From the NCBI GenBank assembly GCA_963824495.1, contig CAWGPQ010000017.1, positions 1-64,000 on the forward strand: a stretch of 64,000 bases of DNA, in the 5' to 3' direction. Position 1 is the stretch's first letter. Every line of letters starts with the position of its first letter. Source of the DNA: an uncultured bacterium (lineage in GTDB: Bacteria; Babelota; Babeliae; Babelales; Babelaceae). This document shows, piece after piece, positions 39,675-50,195 of the stretch. The position numbers and the translations under genes were made by a program. The notes below the pieces were generated by a model. It was not told where the DNA came from. It saw only the letters and a program-made list of their open reading frames with translations, and ran no database searches.

Positions 39675-40874
39675 TTATAGACGTGGGTACAAAGCTTGTA
39701 TCACGCCATCAAAAGCACAAATAAATATAAGAGCTGCTGCTATAAGACCAAGTGTGCCAATAACTTTGTCTGAAGTACGGCCGTTCTTATAGGGAAGTAC
39801 GAGGGGAACAATAGAAAGCGCAAGCCCAACGATAATAAAGAGAGCAGTTAAACTAAAAAATAAATTTAAGCTCTTAAACGCAAGGGCACTAATACCGACA
39901 GCCAAACCAATCACAAGCACTGCCTGGCGCTGGGTTAACTGAAACGATGCCCCTCCTATACGCTTGGCGCATGCAATAAGTAATGCACTTAATGACCAGA
40001 TCATCGAGTGTACCGTACCCATAATCGTTACTAAAATACCACAATGTATTCCCTTAACAAGCCATGACTGTTGCGGAAATGCTTGTAGTAAAACATGTGA
40101 AAGTGGTACGGTAGCATCGGTAAAATAGGCACGTGGCAAGGCAAGAAATATAGAAACAACAAAGAGCAAGTAGACTGCACTTGTTATAATAATAGCGTAG
40201 GTAATGGCACGGGCAACATTCTTTTCGGGTCTATTGACTAAAGAATAGAGTGATGCAGCTGCCTCAAACCCAAAAAATCCAAATACTACAGCTTTAGTTG
40301 CTGCAAAGATATTTTTTAAGCCATAGGGCATAAACGGTACAAGATTTGCAAAACTCGCTTTGGTCAAACAGAGCACCGTTATCGCTACCAAAGGCAGAAT
40401 AGTAAAAATAATTAAAACAATTTGACCGGCTTTCGAGAGCACAGCTCCCGCCATATTTAAAACAACAAGAAGCGCAAGAGAGAGCAAGCCAAGTACTTGG
40501 GCAGAATACTGAGGTATAACTTCATGCAGATAACTACCCGTAATACGCGTAAGCAATCCAAGCGCAATAGTTAGACCAATCAAATAAGCACCTGCAGCAA
40601 TAACACCAAGCGTGTGGCCACCCCATTGCTTGGCGTACACGTAAAATGATCCTTCCTCTGGATATCGCTCAGCAACACGTGCCAACGAGAGCGCCATAAA
40701 CCATACCGCAACAATAACAAGAGCGTAGGTTAGAATACCAGCTGGACCAACCGATAACTGAAGCTGTGCCGGAATGGTAAAAATTGAGGCACCAATCATA
40801 GCGTTTACGCCAATGATTGTCGCCATCGTAACGCCAATCTTTTGCTTAGACTTCTGATTATGTTGTGTCGCCAT
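39675..40874 (-). CDS. APC-family amino acid permease
   Basis: GVNAMIGASIF, EGSFYVYA, FGFFGFE; about 12 TM segments. Confidence 0.9.
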   Translation of the reverse strand: MATQHNQKSKQKIGVTMATIIGVNAMIGASIFTIPAQLQLSVGPAGILTYALVIVAVWFMALSLARVAERYPEEGSFYVYAKQWGGHTLGVIAAGAYLIGLTIALGLLTRITGSYLHEVIPQYSAQVLGLLSLALLVVLNMAGAVLSKAGQIVLIIFTILPLVAITVLCLTKASFANLVPFMPYGLKNIFAATKAVVFGFFGFEAAASLYSLVNRPEKNVARAITYAIIITSAVYLLFVVSIFLALPRAYFTDATVPLSHVLLQAFPQQSWLVKGIHCGILVTIMGTVHSMIWSLSALLIACAKRIGGASFQLTQRQAVLVIGLAVGISALAFKSLNLFFSLTALFIIVGLALSIVPLVLPYKNGRTSDKVIGTLGLIAAALIFICAFDGVIQALYPRL

Positions 40875-40944
40875 GGGTTGCTTATCCTGTTGTTAATAGT
40901 TAAACTTATTGTTAAACTAATATTTTATAAATTACTAAAAGTGT

Positions 40945-41202
40945 ATGATGTATTGCGCCTATTATCAAGCTCATGTGCGCCCGGAAGAAACGTGGTTCTT
41001 TACTGCAGTGCTGCGAAGTTATGAACACTTAGCTTTTGATCGCACACTTGTTCCTAAAGAAGGTCTCTTTGAGTTTTTTGTTCCTGAAGATCTAGAGCAC
41101 TATTTTTTAGAAATCATGCAGTATTTTGAACAGTGCCATATAATTTCAAATATAACAAAACTGCCTAATCGATTAGAAAATCCCCAAGAATCACTGAGTT
41201 AA
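40945..41202 (+). CDS. DUF4911-like small protein
   Basis: WFFTAVLRSYEHLAFDRT...FEFFVP. Confidence 0.65.
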   Translation: MMYCAYYQAHVRPEETWFFTAVLRSYEHLAFDRTLVPKEGLFEFFVPEDLEHYFLEIMQYFEQCHIISNITKLPNRLENPQESLS

Positions 41203-42624
41203 TCTTTGCAGTCGTACATATGACTTAGCAGGTTCAAGCATAACAAGTAAATCTTTTACGCTAGGGCCCTGCGGGGATCCCATAAGAACAAGACGTATAA
41301 GAGCCCATATATCACTCATGCGTAAGTTAAGCTTTTTTCCCGCTTGTGTAACACGTTGTATCAAATCAGCAGTATTAAAATTTTCCGGTGAATATACGCT
41401 CAAGATATCACGGAAGAATGTCTTATAGGTAGCATAACCATGTGTATCAAGCTGCTCATTACTTACGGTAGGCTGCTTAAAATAAAACTCAAGAAGCGCA
41501 ACACTATCATTAAGCGTTACCAAATTAGGATGAATAAGCGCTATAAGCTGTTCGAGCTTTGCTATGCTTATAGTAGAAGCTTCAGGATATGCAGCGACAA
41601 GCCTATCTTGACATCGTTGGGCTAGAGCTAGACTATCCAGTTGCGCTATCCATTTATGGTTGAGCCAACGAAGCTTTTCTAGATCATAGCGAATTTGACC
41701 AACTGAGGTGAGTGCTTGCGGATTAAACGTCTCTGCAAGCTTGTGTAAACTCATGATTTCGTGTTCAAATGAACCACCAATTATTGCAAGGTAGTTGCAG
41801 ATTGCTTCGGAAATAAAGCCTGCTTGTATCAAATCACCAAGAGAGAAACCAAAGTCTCGCTTAGAAAGTTTTTTGCCTTCGTGATTACATATAATAGGTA
41901 AATGCCAAAATACCGGTAAAGGTGCAGCAAATGCTTGGTAAAGCGCTGCTTGAATAGCTGTATTGCTCAAATGATCTTCACCACGGAACACATGGGTAAT
42001 TGCCATAGATAAGTCATCAACAAAATTTGCAAAAATAAACGTAAAACTTTTATCTTGACGAGTCAAGGCAAAATCGGAAAAGTGTCTAAGATCATATTCA
42101 ACGGTTCCCCGTGCAAGGTCAATAATTTTAATCTGCTCGTCTGGGAGCCTAAATCTCCAAATAAACGGTATCTCGTGGTCAAGATTTTCTTGAAGCTTTA
42201 CGGAAGAAATACCGAGACACAGTCGATCATAGCGCGGAGGAAGCTTACAAGCACGCTGGCGTTGGCGTTTTTTCTCAAGCTCTTCTTCGGAACAAAAGCA
42301 TCGGTATACAAGCCCTTTATCTTGTAAATACTTAAGGTGCTCTTGATATATTAAAGTCCGCTCCGACTGAAAATAGGGAGCATAGGGCCCCCGAATTAAG
42401 GGACCCTCGTCATACGTTAGCCCAAGCCATGCTAAATCTTCAAGAATACGTTTGCCTTGAGGATCTATCATACGTTGAACGTCAGTATCCTCAATACGTA
42501 TAATAAATATACCATGGTGGTGACGAGCAAAGAGATAATTTATTAATGCTGCACGTACATTACCTAAATGCATAAAGCCTGTTGGCGCAGGAGCAAAACG
42601 TACACGCACACGGTCATTAGCCAT
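41191..42624 (-). CDS. gltX: Glutamate--tRNA ligase
   Basis: RVRFAPAPTG.MHLGN, RIEDTD, RGEDHLSNT, KLSKR. Confidence 0.95.
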   Translation of the reverse strand: MANDRVRVRFAPAPTGFMHLGNVRAALINYLFARHHHGIFIIRIEDTDVQRMIDPQGKRILEDLAWLGLTYDEGPLIRGPYAPYFQSERTLIYQEHLKYLQDKGLVYRCFCSEEELEKKRQRQRACKLPPRYDRLCLGISSVKLQENLDHEIPFIWRFRLPDEQIKIIDLARGTVEYDLRHFSDFALTRQDKSFTFIFANFVDDLSMAITHVFRGEDHLSNTAIQAALYQAFAAPLPVFWHLPIICNHEGKKLSKRDFGFSLGDLIQAGFISEAICNYLAIIGGSFEHEIMSLHKLAETFNPQALTSVGQIRYDLEKLRWLNHKWIAQLDSLALAQRCQDRLVAAYPEASTISIAKLEQLIALIHPNLVTLNDSVALLEFYFKQPTVSNEQLDTHGYATYKTFFRDILSVYSPENFNTADLIQRVTQAGKKLNLRMSDIWALIRLVLMGSPQGPSVKDLLVMLEPAKSYVRLQRLTQ

Positions 42625-42806
42625 AAGAATCCTTTAGTATGCTTATACAATTATCTAGTATAGCTCATTTTCTTAACTTACGCTATTTTTCAAACCAAGA
42701 AAAGCCTACCTATCATGCTATTTAAGTAAACATGAGAAATAAATTTTGACAGTTGGCAAGCCTATTTGCTAGCTTCATCCCAATGCTAAAAAAAGGAGAG
42801 TACGTT

Positions 42807-43085
42807 ATGAATAAGTGTGTCAAAATAATTATCACTGTCCGATCAGGAGAGCTTTTTTTGTCTACTATTGTCCAAAAACAAGCGCGTAAGATGCAGCTAG
42901 AAGGCACGGCTCAGCTTATAACACCTACGAGTATAAGAATAATTGTATGTGGCTTGAAAGAAAAAGTTGATGCCTTCGTGGACGCAATTCATAAAGAGCA
43001 AGCAAAATATACGCTTGAGGCTATCGAAGTAGAACCATTTTTCAAAGACAAAGATTACCGCGGAATATTTCGTATTATTGAGTGA
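42807..43085 (+). CDS. Acylphosphatase-like protein (degenerate active site)
   Basis: AGGAG SD; QKQARKMQLEGTAQ...IIVCG...VD.F...FRI; lacks VQGVGFR. Confidence 0.6.
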   Translation: MNKCVKIIITVRSGELFLSTIVQKQARKMQLEGTAQLITPTSIRIIVCGLKEKVDAFVDAIHKEQAKYTLEAIEVEPFFKDKDYRGIFRIIE

Positions 43086-43188
43086 AAACTGTGTTAACTC
43101 CATGTAGTATATAAAGCAGGCCAAATTGTAATAAATAGCAAGACAAGATCGATATACCTTATTTTCGTCTTTCTGGTACACTTATACC

Positions 43189-46119
43189 ATGAGTGTTACC
43201 GCAGGAAAGACCGTGGTCAAACAGCTAGTTAGTCATGTTGTTATGCTCATATGGTTAGTATCTATGAGCAATTACAGTCAAGCTCAAGGAGCTATGCAAA
43301 GCATCATAAACCTGACTTGTGATAGTGATATAAGCTTGGGCATCCTTGAACAGCAATTGCCCGAGCAATTTTCGCTTGAACATATAACGTTTTCTGCTGA
43401 TGTATTCATTGATACTCAAGAGCTTGAAAATTTTTTCGTTCGTCAAGCTGGAACACATATAACACAGACTGCTTTTAAACAAGCACTCTGGTATATCAAG
43501 CAAAAGCGCAAATTTGAGCAGGCTATTCTTACGTTCAATCAGACAAGCTCAGGATATATCCTGCATGTAGAGCTTCAAAGCTCCTGGACATTTTTTAAGC
43601 TGTACATTACCGGTATGCTTATTGGTAAAGATCAATATCGGCATTATTATTTGCTTGAATCGGGTGAAGTATTTAATGAGCACAAGCATTACGATGGTAT
43701 CGCTAAGATTAAAGAAGCACTTAGAACTCAGGGATATCATAGCCCCGTTATTATTGATACCCTTCTTTATTATCCTGAAACCAAAAGTATCAGTGTAACA
43801 CTTGCGCTCAATGAGGGTCAGCGATACGTTATCGATGACGTTCTTGTCAAACTTACAGCAACCGAGCCCTTAGGCAGCGAAAATCTTGAATCGTTACAAG
43901 CTCATGTGCGCAGATTTCTCCTGAGTGATCTTAAAGATACTTATTACTCTCAAGATACACTTAACGATGCGGCACGGTCACTCAAGCGATATCTTGCACG
44001 CAAGGGTTTTTTTGATGCATCGATCGCACTTGAAGAGAAAGTTAATGAGCAACAAGCATGTATCAAGCTTATACTTACTATTACGCTTTCGCATAAAAAA
44101 GCATGTGAATTTATCGGTAACCACTTCTTATCTGAAGATCAGCTTCTGGAAGCACTTTTGTCATTTGGTAAAGCTGCTTTTATAATACCGCCTTTTTTGC
44201 TTGCAGAAGAACTAACAAATATGTATAAAAAAAAGGGATTTTGGGATGTACAGGTAGCGTGGCGCGAAGAACCAGAACATTTATTTTTTGTGATTCAAGA
44301 AGGACCACGTGCTTCTGTTGATAAAATAGCTCTTGAGGGAGCTGATACACTTTCTTCCCAACAGCTTATATCCAATTGTTTTAGTGAATTCCTTAAGCTT
44401 GGCTATTTTGATAGCGATGCTCTTAAGCAAGCACTTGATCGGCTTACTCAACAGTACGCAGAGGAAGGCTTCTGGGACATGGCCATTATAAAAAAAGATT
44501 ATACTGCCCCTGATAAACCAAATCGCTATACACTTACCCTAAAAATTGAAGAAGGTCCGCGCCGCTGGTTACGTTCAGTAACCATTGAAGGCTTTGAGCG
44601 GCTTCTTGAAGAGGGTCCCTTTGCACCTTATGCCCATATCTCTACACCAATGCCTTTTAACCTTCACGTAGTACAGGAACAACAACAATGGCTAACGCGT
44701 TATTTTCAACAACAAGGCTATCTTTATATCACGCCTAAGCCTGAGCTTCGCCAAGACGCTACACATACTACTATCCTTACGTGGAAGCTTAATGGCGAAT
44801 ATGAACCTGTACGGTTTGGCAAAACTATTATTGCTGGAAGTAATCGCTTGCAGCCCTATGTAGTACTACGTGAATTACAGTACCATGAAGGCGACATTTG
44901 GGATAAAAATAAACTTGATGCATCAACCAAGCAACTCAAAGCTTTGGGCATATTTGACGCTGTCTCATTATCACCCATTAACATAACGCAGCCTGAACGA
45001 TTTAAAACTCTGCTCTTACAGTTTAGAGAGGACGATCCTTTTGAAATACGAACCCGTATTGGCGCACAAGTTATCAGTAAGAACTTTACGTTCTTAAGTG
45101 GCGCGGGTTATTTACTGGGGGGCTCTTTGCTCTGGAAAAATCCAACACAAACAGCCGATATGCTGGAACTTGACGTTGAATTTGCCCGTCATCGGCGTTA
45201 CATAAGTGCGTGGTATACAATGCCATGGCTTTTTAAGTATCCCATCAGAACAACCATAAGGGGCTATAGCTTCGATTACGAACGACCTATTATTACTGGA
45301 TCAAAGGAGCGTTTATATTCTACCCTGCATGAAGGGATCATGGTCGAATTAGATCGTGAATATTCTCGCGGCATGTGCCAGCTTGCTGTTGGCTTTGAAT
45401 GGAGAAGAATCTCTGGGCTCACTGCAGGATTACTTACTGCTCTTGACATTAATCAGGCACTTGCCGACTTACGCGTTCCTATTTTTTTTATCGAGCCGAC
45501 AATAACGATAAACTATCTGGACAATGCGCTTGACCCTCATAGTGGTTCACTCACGCTTATGTCTGTCAAGGGCATGGTTCCGTTATATACACCAAGCACA
45601 TCTCTTGTTAAGTTCTTAATTGAGCAGTCATTCTTTGCCCCACTCTATTCATCAGTTATTTTCGCTTTTCGCATGCGCTATGGACATATTTTTAATACCC
45701 TCTTTTTGGCTGATATTTTACCATCAGAACGATTCTATCTTGGTGGTTCCACTTCTCTTCGCGGTTACGAGCCAGATTCAGCCCAACCGGTCAACATTTA
45801 CCACGATGGCCAAGGTAAACGACACGAGATAGCTCGTGGAGGGAAATCTATGGCAAATATTAATCTGGAACTACGTTTTCCTATTTATACTACCCTGCCA
45901 GGCTCAATTAATGGAGTTATTTTCACCGACATGGGCATTTTGTCAGATAACATTGCTCACTCTCTTAACACAGAGTCAATCATAGGATCATCAGGCTTTG
46001 GTCTACGCTATAACACAGCACTAGGCCCACTCCGTTTTGATATCGGCTGGAAATGGAAAAAATTCTCTCCCGAAGACTCACGCTTTGGTTGGATCCTGAC
46101 GCTTGGCCATGCGTTTTAA
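43189..46119 (+). CDS. BamA/TamA (Omp85) family outer-membrane protein with POTRA domains
   Basis: POTRA repeats, ERFYLGGSTSLRGY, GFGLRYNTALGPLRFDIG, C-terminal GHAF. Confidence 0.93.
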   Translation: MSVTAGKTVVKQLVSHVVMLIWLVSMSNYSQAQGAMQSIINLTCDSDISLGILEQQLPEQFSLEHITFSADVFIDTQELENFFVRQAGTHITQTAFKQALWYIKQKRKFEQAILTFNQTSSGYILHVELQSSWTFFKLYITGMLIGKDQYRHYYLLESGEVFNEHKHYDGIAKIKEALRTQGYHSPVIIDTLLYYPETKSISVTLALNEGQRYVIDDVLVKLTATEPLGSENLESLQAHVRRFLLSDLKDTYYSQDTLNDAARSLKRYLARKGFFDASIALEEKVNEQQACIKLILTITLSHKKACEFIGNHFLSEDQLLEALLSFGKAAFIIPPFLLAEELTNMYKKKGFWDVQVAWREEPEHLFFVIQEGPRASVDKIALEGADTLSSQQLISNCFSEFLKLGYFDSDALKQALDRLTQQYAEEGFWDMAIIKKDYTAPDKPNRYTLTLKIEEGPRRWLRSVTIEGFERLLEEGPFAPYAHISTPMPFNLHVVQEQQQWLTRYFQQQGYLYITPKPELRQDATHTTILTWKLNGEYEPVRFGKTIIAGSNRLQPYVVLRELQYHEGDIWDKNKLDASTKQLKALGIFDAVSLSPINITQPERFKTLLLQFREDDPFEIRTRIGAQVISKNFTFLSGAGYLLGGSLLWKNPTQTADMLELDVEFARHRRYISAWYTMPWLFKYPIRTTIRGYSFDYERPIITGSKERLYSTLHEGIMVELDREYSRGMCQLAVGFEWRRISGLTAGLLTALDINQALADLRVPIFFIEPTITINYLDNALDPHSGSLTLMSVKGMVPLYTPSTSLVKFLIEQSFFAPLYSSVIFAFRMRYGHIFNTLFLADILPSERFYLGGSTSLRGYEPDSAQPVNIYHDGQGKRHEIARGGKSMANINLELRFPIYTTLPGSINGVIFTDMGILSDNIAHSLNTESIIGSSGFGLRYNTALGPLRFDIGWKWKKFSPEDSRFGWILTLGHAF

Positions 46120-46133
46120 TTTGGAACCACTAT

Positions 46134-46265
46134 TCAGCATTCTCTCTTTCTATTATTCACAGTCAGTATTTGGCATTTGGCTTGGTGCAATTGTAAAGCA
46201 TATCCAACCTGTAGAATGATAACGCATACCGCAAGCATTACGATCAGCAACTTCTTACTAGTCAT
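46134..46265 (-). CDS. Putative 43-aa small membrane or secreted peptide
   Basis: MTSKKLLIVMLAVCVIILQVGYALQLHQAKCQILTVNNRKREC; below the ORF-track cutoff. Confidence 0.4.
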   Translation of the reverse strand: MTSKKLLIVMLAVCVIILQVGYALQLHQAKCQILTVNNRKREC

Positions 46266-46518
46266 ATCTTATCTTTCGCGTTTTTAAGCCTTATGCACAG
46301 CTAAATCTTAATACTAATTACCTGAATGCTTTTCTCTTGGCTACTGAATTCTAGTTTAGGAACATAGCTAGAGTCAGCACATTTGATAGGGTGTCTATCA
46401 CCAAGAGCCCCTCTGCCGCTGGACAGATTAAGAAAGAATACTTAGACTATTAAGAGAAATTGCTTACCGTATATACTTATTATAAACAATAAAACAAAGA
46501 AAGGATACTAAGAGTTTT

Positions 46519-46731
46519 ATGAACCGAAAAAAGTCAAATATTACTATTAATGTCAACGAAAACGTTGAACGTGCGCTCAGACAGCTTAAGAAGAAAATCG
46601 AACGCGAAGGTGTCGTACGAGACATGAAGCGTCTTGTATATCATGAACCACCAACACAAAAGCGCCGTAAGCGCCTTATGCGGGCAATTAAACAAAATTG
46701 GATCCGCATGGCAGCACACAAGCTTATTTAA
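46519..46731 (+). CDS. rpsU: 30S ribosomal protein S21
   Basis: NVERALRQLKKK...G...D.K....HEPPT.KR. Confidence 0.9.
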   Translation: MNRKKSNITINVNENVERALRQLKKKIEREGVVRDMKRLVYHEPPTQKRRKRLMRAIKQNWIRMAAHKLI

Positions 46732-46744
46732 TACGGTCAATACT

Positions 46745-47116
46745 ATGGTAGATTCGCGTGTTAGTAATATCAAGCGAGCACAACAAGAATCCCTTCTTTT
46801 TCGGTCCATATCTGAGCTGTTCACTCAAACAGCTCTCGATGACCCTCGTTTAAGAGATCTTTTTATCAATCGCGTACGACTTACGCCTGATAAGAGTACA
46901 TGTTATGTCTACTTTTATTCTGCTCGGGGTAAAGAATATTTCGAGCAGATGCTGAATATCCTCAAGCTGTATAAGCCTTCATTGCGTAAAGCAATTGCCC
47001 AAAAGCTGCAAAGTCGCCGTGCACCTGACTTCGTTTTTTCATTTGATGATCAATTTGAAAAACAACAAAAAATAGAAGCACTTATTGATAAAGTAAAAGT
47101 AGAGGAACAATCATAG
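46745..47116 (+). CDS. rbfA: Ribosome-binding factor A
   Basis: DPRL..LFINRVRLTPD...YVYF...LRKAIA...SRRAPDFVF.FD. Confidence 0.85.
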   Translation: MVDSRVSNIKRAQQESLLFRSISELFTQTALDDPRLRDLFINRVRLTPDKSTCYVYFYSARGKEYFEQMLNILKLYKPSLRKAIAQKLQSRRAPDFVFSFDDQFEKQQKIEALIDKVKVEEQS

Positions 47117-47880
47117 GTATACTTATACCCCTTTTTCTTTGTTGGGGTTCATTTTTAAATGTCATTGCATACAGGCTTATCCATGGCTATGACTGGCTTG
47201 CTCAACGCTCCTTTTGTCCAAACTGTAAAAAACTTATTGCGTGGTACGACCTTATTCCTGTTATTTCATGGTTAATGCTTAAGAGACGGTGTCGCTCATG
47301 CAAGCAAGAAATCTCTTGGCTTTACCCGTTTATAGAACTTATTACAGCTCTTGTGTTTTCAGGGTTATATTACCTGATTAATCCCCATTATTGGCTAGCA
47401 TATGGTATATTTTTTTCAGCGCTTATCATTGTCATACGTACTGATCTTGAAACCATGTTTATTTTACGCTCAACTACGCTCGGTATTATACCCTTGGGGA
47501 TTATAGCAAGCATAGTAGGATGGCTACCTCTTACGCCACAAGCAAGTATACTTGGTACCGTATTCGGCTATGCTCTCCTTTGGATTGTGCGTAAAGTTTT
47601 TTGGCACGTACGTCAGCTAGAGGGACTTGGTCAGGGCGACTTAGAGCTCCTTGCCGCTATTGGAGCTTTTACTGGACCCTTAGGATGCTGGAGCTCTTTA
47701 GTAATAGGATCACTTGGTGGATCAGTAACAGCATTAGCTTTACTACTCATGAGCAAGCAGCCCCCAGGTTTTAGTCATATTGGTCATACTCGCCTACCTT
47801 TTGGTCCCTTCTTGGCCCTCGGCGCACTAGCATTTGTATTTTTTTCATCAAGAATAACATCACTTCTATTGGGACTTTAG
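47113..47880 (+). CDS. pilD: Prepilin peptidase (A24); apparent non-canonical ATA start
   Basis: WGSFLNVIAYR, RSFCPNC, WYDLIPVISW, RCRSC, D.E, GLGQGD, LPFGPFL. Confidence 0.88.
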   Translation: MGILIPLFLCWGSFLNVIAYRLIHGYDWLAQRSFCPNCKKLIAWYDLIPVISWLMLKRRCRSCKQEISWLYPFIELITALVFSGLYYLINPHYWLAYGIFFSALIIVIRTDLETMFILRSTTLGIIPLGIIASIVGWLPLTPQASILGTVFGYALLWIVRKVFWHVRQLEGLGQGDLELLAAIGAFTGPLGCWSSLVIGSLGGSVTALALLLMSKQPPGFSHIGHTRLPFGPFLALGALAFVFFSSRITSLLLGL

Positions 47881-47889
47881 CTTTACGAA

Positions 47890-48306
47890 CTATCCCTGTA
47901 CCGGGGGAAAACCAAATCTGTCCGATAACGCATGAAGGGTTTGATCAAATCGAGCTTGTAATTCTGGTGAAGACAATTGACCCCTACGCTGCGCGCGAAT
48001 TACCGCCAAGTTATTATAAAGTTGTCGTGCCTGTGACCGATATCGTTCACGTGCTATAGGCGAGCTTTCGGTTGCCCTTAAGAGCGCAGCACTTTGTGCA
48101 AGCAAACGCTCAATAGTGCCTAGCCCAGCATTGAGGCCACGATGACGGGGATAGCGATGACCCTCAAGTAAGAATTGGGCTGTCGATTTCGGTCGCACGC
48201 TGCTTGTAGGAATCCGTTCAGCTTGGGACGTAAATTGACCCTGAAGTATTGCTGCTATCATTACCTCACCAAGTACTACAAGAGCAATCGTATTGCGTAC
48301 CTTCAT
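47890..48306 (-). CDS. Secreted hypothetical protein (paralog of 48322-48654)
   Basis: GAGG SD; signal peptide; shared C-terminal helices. Confidence 0.7.
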   Translation of the reverse strand: MKVRNTIALVVLGEVMIAAILQGQFTSQAERIPTSSVRPKSTAQFLLEGHRYPRHRGLNAGLGTIERLLAQSAALLRATESSPIARERYRSQARQLYNNLAVIRAQRRGQLSSPELQARFDQTLHALSDRFGFPPVQG

Positions 48307-48321
48307 ATGTTACTACCTCTG

Positions 48322-48654
48322 TTACTGAACCTCAAAATCCCTCTTGAGATCATCGAGTGCTTGGTTAAATTCCTGATTAAGTTCGTGCGAAAGACATGCG
48401 CATTGACCAGCTAAACGAATAGCCATAAGACGGTTATAGATCCCCTGAGCTTGTCTGCTGTCGTGCTCATAAAAGGCTCTGTCTTTTTGATCAAGCAGAT
48501 TACGAACATGTGATTCAAGCTGTGCTATGCCCTGCTGACCAAGCCCGGTGCATTGAGGTGGCAGATCATGCGTATTTTCATGACATACTGCTACCCCTGT
48601 AGACAGCAATCCCATTAATGTAATGCCCATAGTGTAGTTGTAGTTCATACTCAT
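48322..48654 (-). CDS. Secreted hypothetical protein
   Basis: AAGGAG SD; signal peptide. Confidence 0.7.
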   Translation of the reverse strand: MSMNYNYTMGITLMGLLSTGVAVCHENTHDLPPQCTGLGQQGIAQLESHVRNLLDQKDRAFYEHDSRQAQGIYNRLMAIRLAGQCACLSHELNQEFNQALDDLKRDFEVQ

Positions 48655-48813
48655 TTCTCCTTGTAAAAAGAATAAAACTATGTAATTACGCATTATTATA
48701 TAGTATAGCGAATGCGAAAATCAAATAGCAATATTTTATTTACAAAAGGAAAAAATCGTGAATACATAAGAGCCTTGATTTAAACTATCGGAACATACTA
48801 CCTGCGGGAGTTT

Positions 48814-49311
48814 TTAGACAAGATCGTCGGTGACAATCTTAATTGTACCTGTTTGATCTATGGTCAGCACATCAGCTGTCCCATCGCCATCAATATCACC
48901 TGCAGCAGCAATCGTAAATCCATCACTACGTATTTGCGCGGTATGTAAGGCAGACCCAGGTGTTTTCAGTTGGCCAACAATGTAATTACGGCCTTCGCTA
49001 CCACTAAACCCATACGTATAGTTAAGAGATCCTTCAGGTCGCCAGCCTAATCCATCAGGACCTAAAAGGCTTGTGTAAACACCATGCTCAACCCAGTATA
49101 CTTTTTCTGCTGTATAGAGAGCACGAAGATTAATATATGCTTCTGTCCGTTTAGCCTTTGCAAGAAATCGTACAAAGCTGGGAATCGATACCATTGACAA
49201 TACTGCAACAATTGCCAGAACAATCATAAGCTCGATAAGGCTGAAGCCTTGAGCATTCTTTTTCAGAGTGTCTCTATTCGGCAGCACTTCTCGAGCTTCC
49301 CCTACCCCCAT
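48814..49311 (-). CDS. Type IV pilin (PilA/PilE-like)
   Basis: Prepilin motif QG|FSLIELMIVLAIVAVL; AKRTEA..NL; GDIDGD. Confidence 0.92.
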   Translation of the reverse strand: MGVGEAREVLPNRDTLKKNAQGFSLIELMIVLAIVAVLSMVSIPSFVRFLAKAKRTEAYINLRALYTAEKVYWVEHGVYTSLLGPDGLGWRPEGSLNYTYGFSGSEGRNYIVGQLKTPGSALHTAQIRSDGFTIAAAGDIDGDGTADVLTIDQTGTIKIVTDDLV

Positions 49312-49368
49312 ACCCCTCTCCTTTTTTGTTTATAGTGTAATGAACGTAGAGATACAAGCGTCAAGAGT

Positions 49369-50028
49369 TTAGTCAAAAGATGTACCCCAAAGCCTTTCAA
49401 GCTCGCGCACTGGATAAGCACCCTGTCGCATAACTCGAGGCACAGCCCCTGTTAGATCGAGAACTGTTGATGGTAAGCCTATCAATGGGCGGTTCTCTGG
49501 ATTTTCCTCAAGATTTTTCTCAGAATCAAGAATAACGTAGGAAACTTGGGCAAGAAGACTTTTGTCAATATCAAGCAACGATGTCGGTGTCGGTTGGCCT
49601 GCTCTATTGGCACTTGTTGAAAAAAGTCCTGGTAATTGTGCCAAAATTGCTTGTAGTCCCGTATGATCAGGAACCCGCACAGCGATAGTATGATCGGGTG
49701 ATAGTAAAAAAGGAGGAAGTAACCGACAAGCCCTAAGAATAACTGTTACTGGCCCAGGCCAACAACGGGCAAGAAAGCCATAACGTGGATCAGTAGGGCA
49801 AAGCTCGGCAATAGAGGGTAGACGCGCAACATCATCAATAAGTATAATATATGGTTTATCAAAACGGTGCTTAAGTGCATTAAGTTTTAAGAAGCTCGGA
49901 CGGGAAACTGAGCCAAGCAAACCCAAAACAGTATCCGTGCTACTTATAACCAATTCATCATGCCGTAATGAGCGTAATACTAATTCTCGATGAAAATTAT
50001 TCAGCCAACTTAAACAATTAGTTTTCAT
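49369..50028 (-). CDS. tsaC: L-threonylcarbamoyladenylate synthase (TsaC/Sua5/YrdC)
   Basis: TDTVLGL, LK.R..KP, WPGPVT, IAVRVP, STSAN, PSTVLD. Confidence 0.9.
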   Translation of the reverse strand: MKTNCLSWLNNFHRELVLRSLRHDELVISSTDTVLGLLGSVSRPSFLKLNALKHRFDKPYIILIDDVARLPSIAELCPTDPRYGFLARCWPGPVTVILRACRLLPPFLLSPDHTIAVRVPDHTGLQAILAQLPGLFSTSANRAGQPTPTSLLDIDKSLLAQVSYVILDSEKNLEENPENRPLIGLPSTVLDLTGAVPRVMRQGAYPVRELERLWGTSFD

Positions 50029-50081
50029 TTTTTAATCTTTTGTAAATTTAATAAGGCATACATCAATCAACAATTCATAGT

Positions 50082-50109
50082 TTGACATTTTTAAAAATAG
50101 CGTTAAATT
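50082..50109 (+). promoter_or_regulatory. Sigma70-like promoter
   Basis: TTGACA-16 nt-TAAATT. Confidence 0.5.
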
Positions 50110-50195
50110 AAATTTAAGCAAGTTATAGTGAATATTCAACGTAAGAGTTACTGTGCGTAAAAATACTCGCGTAAAAATGTTAATGGAGAATAATT

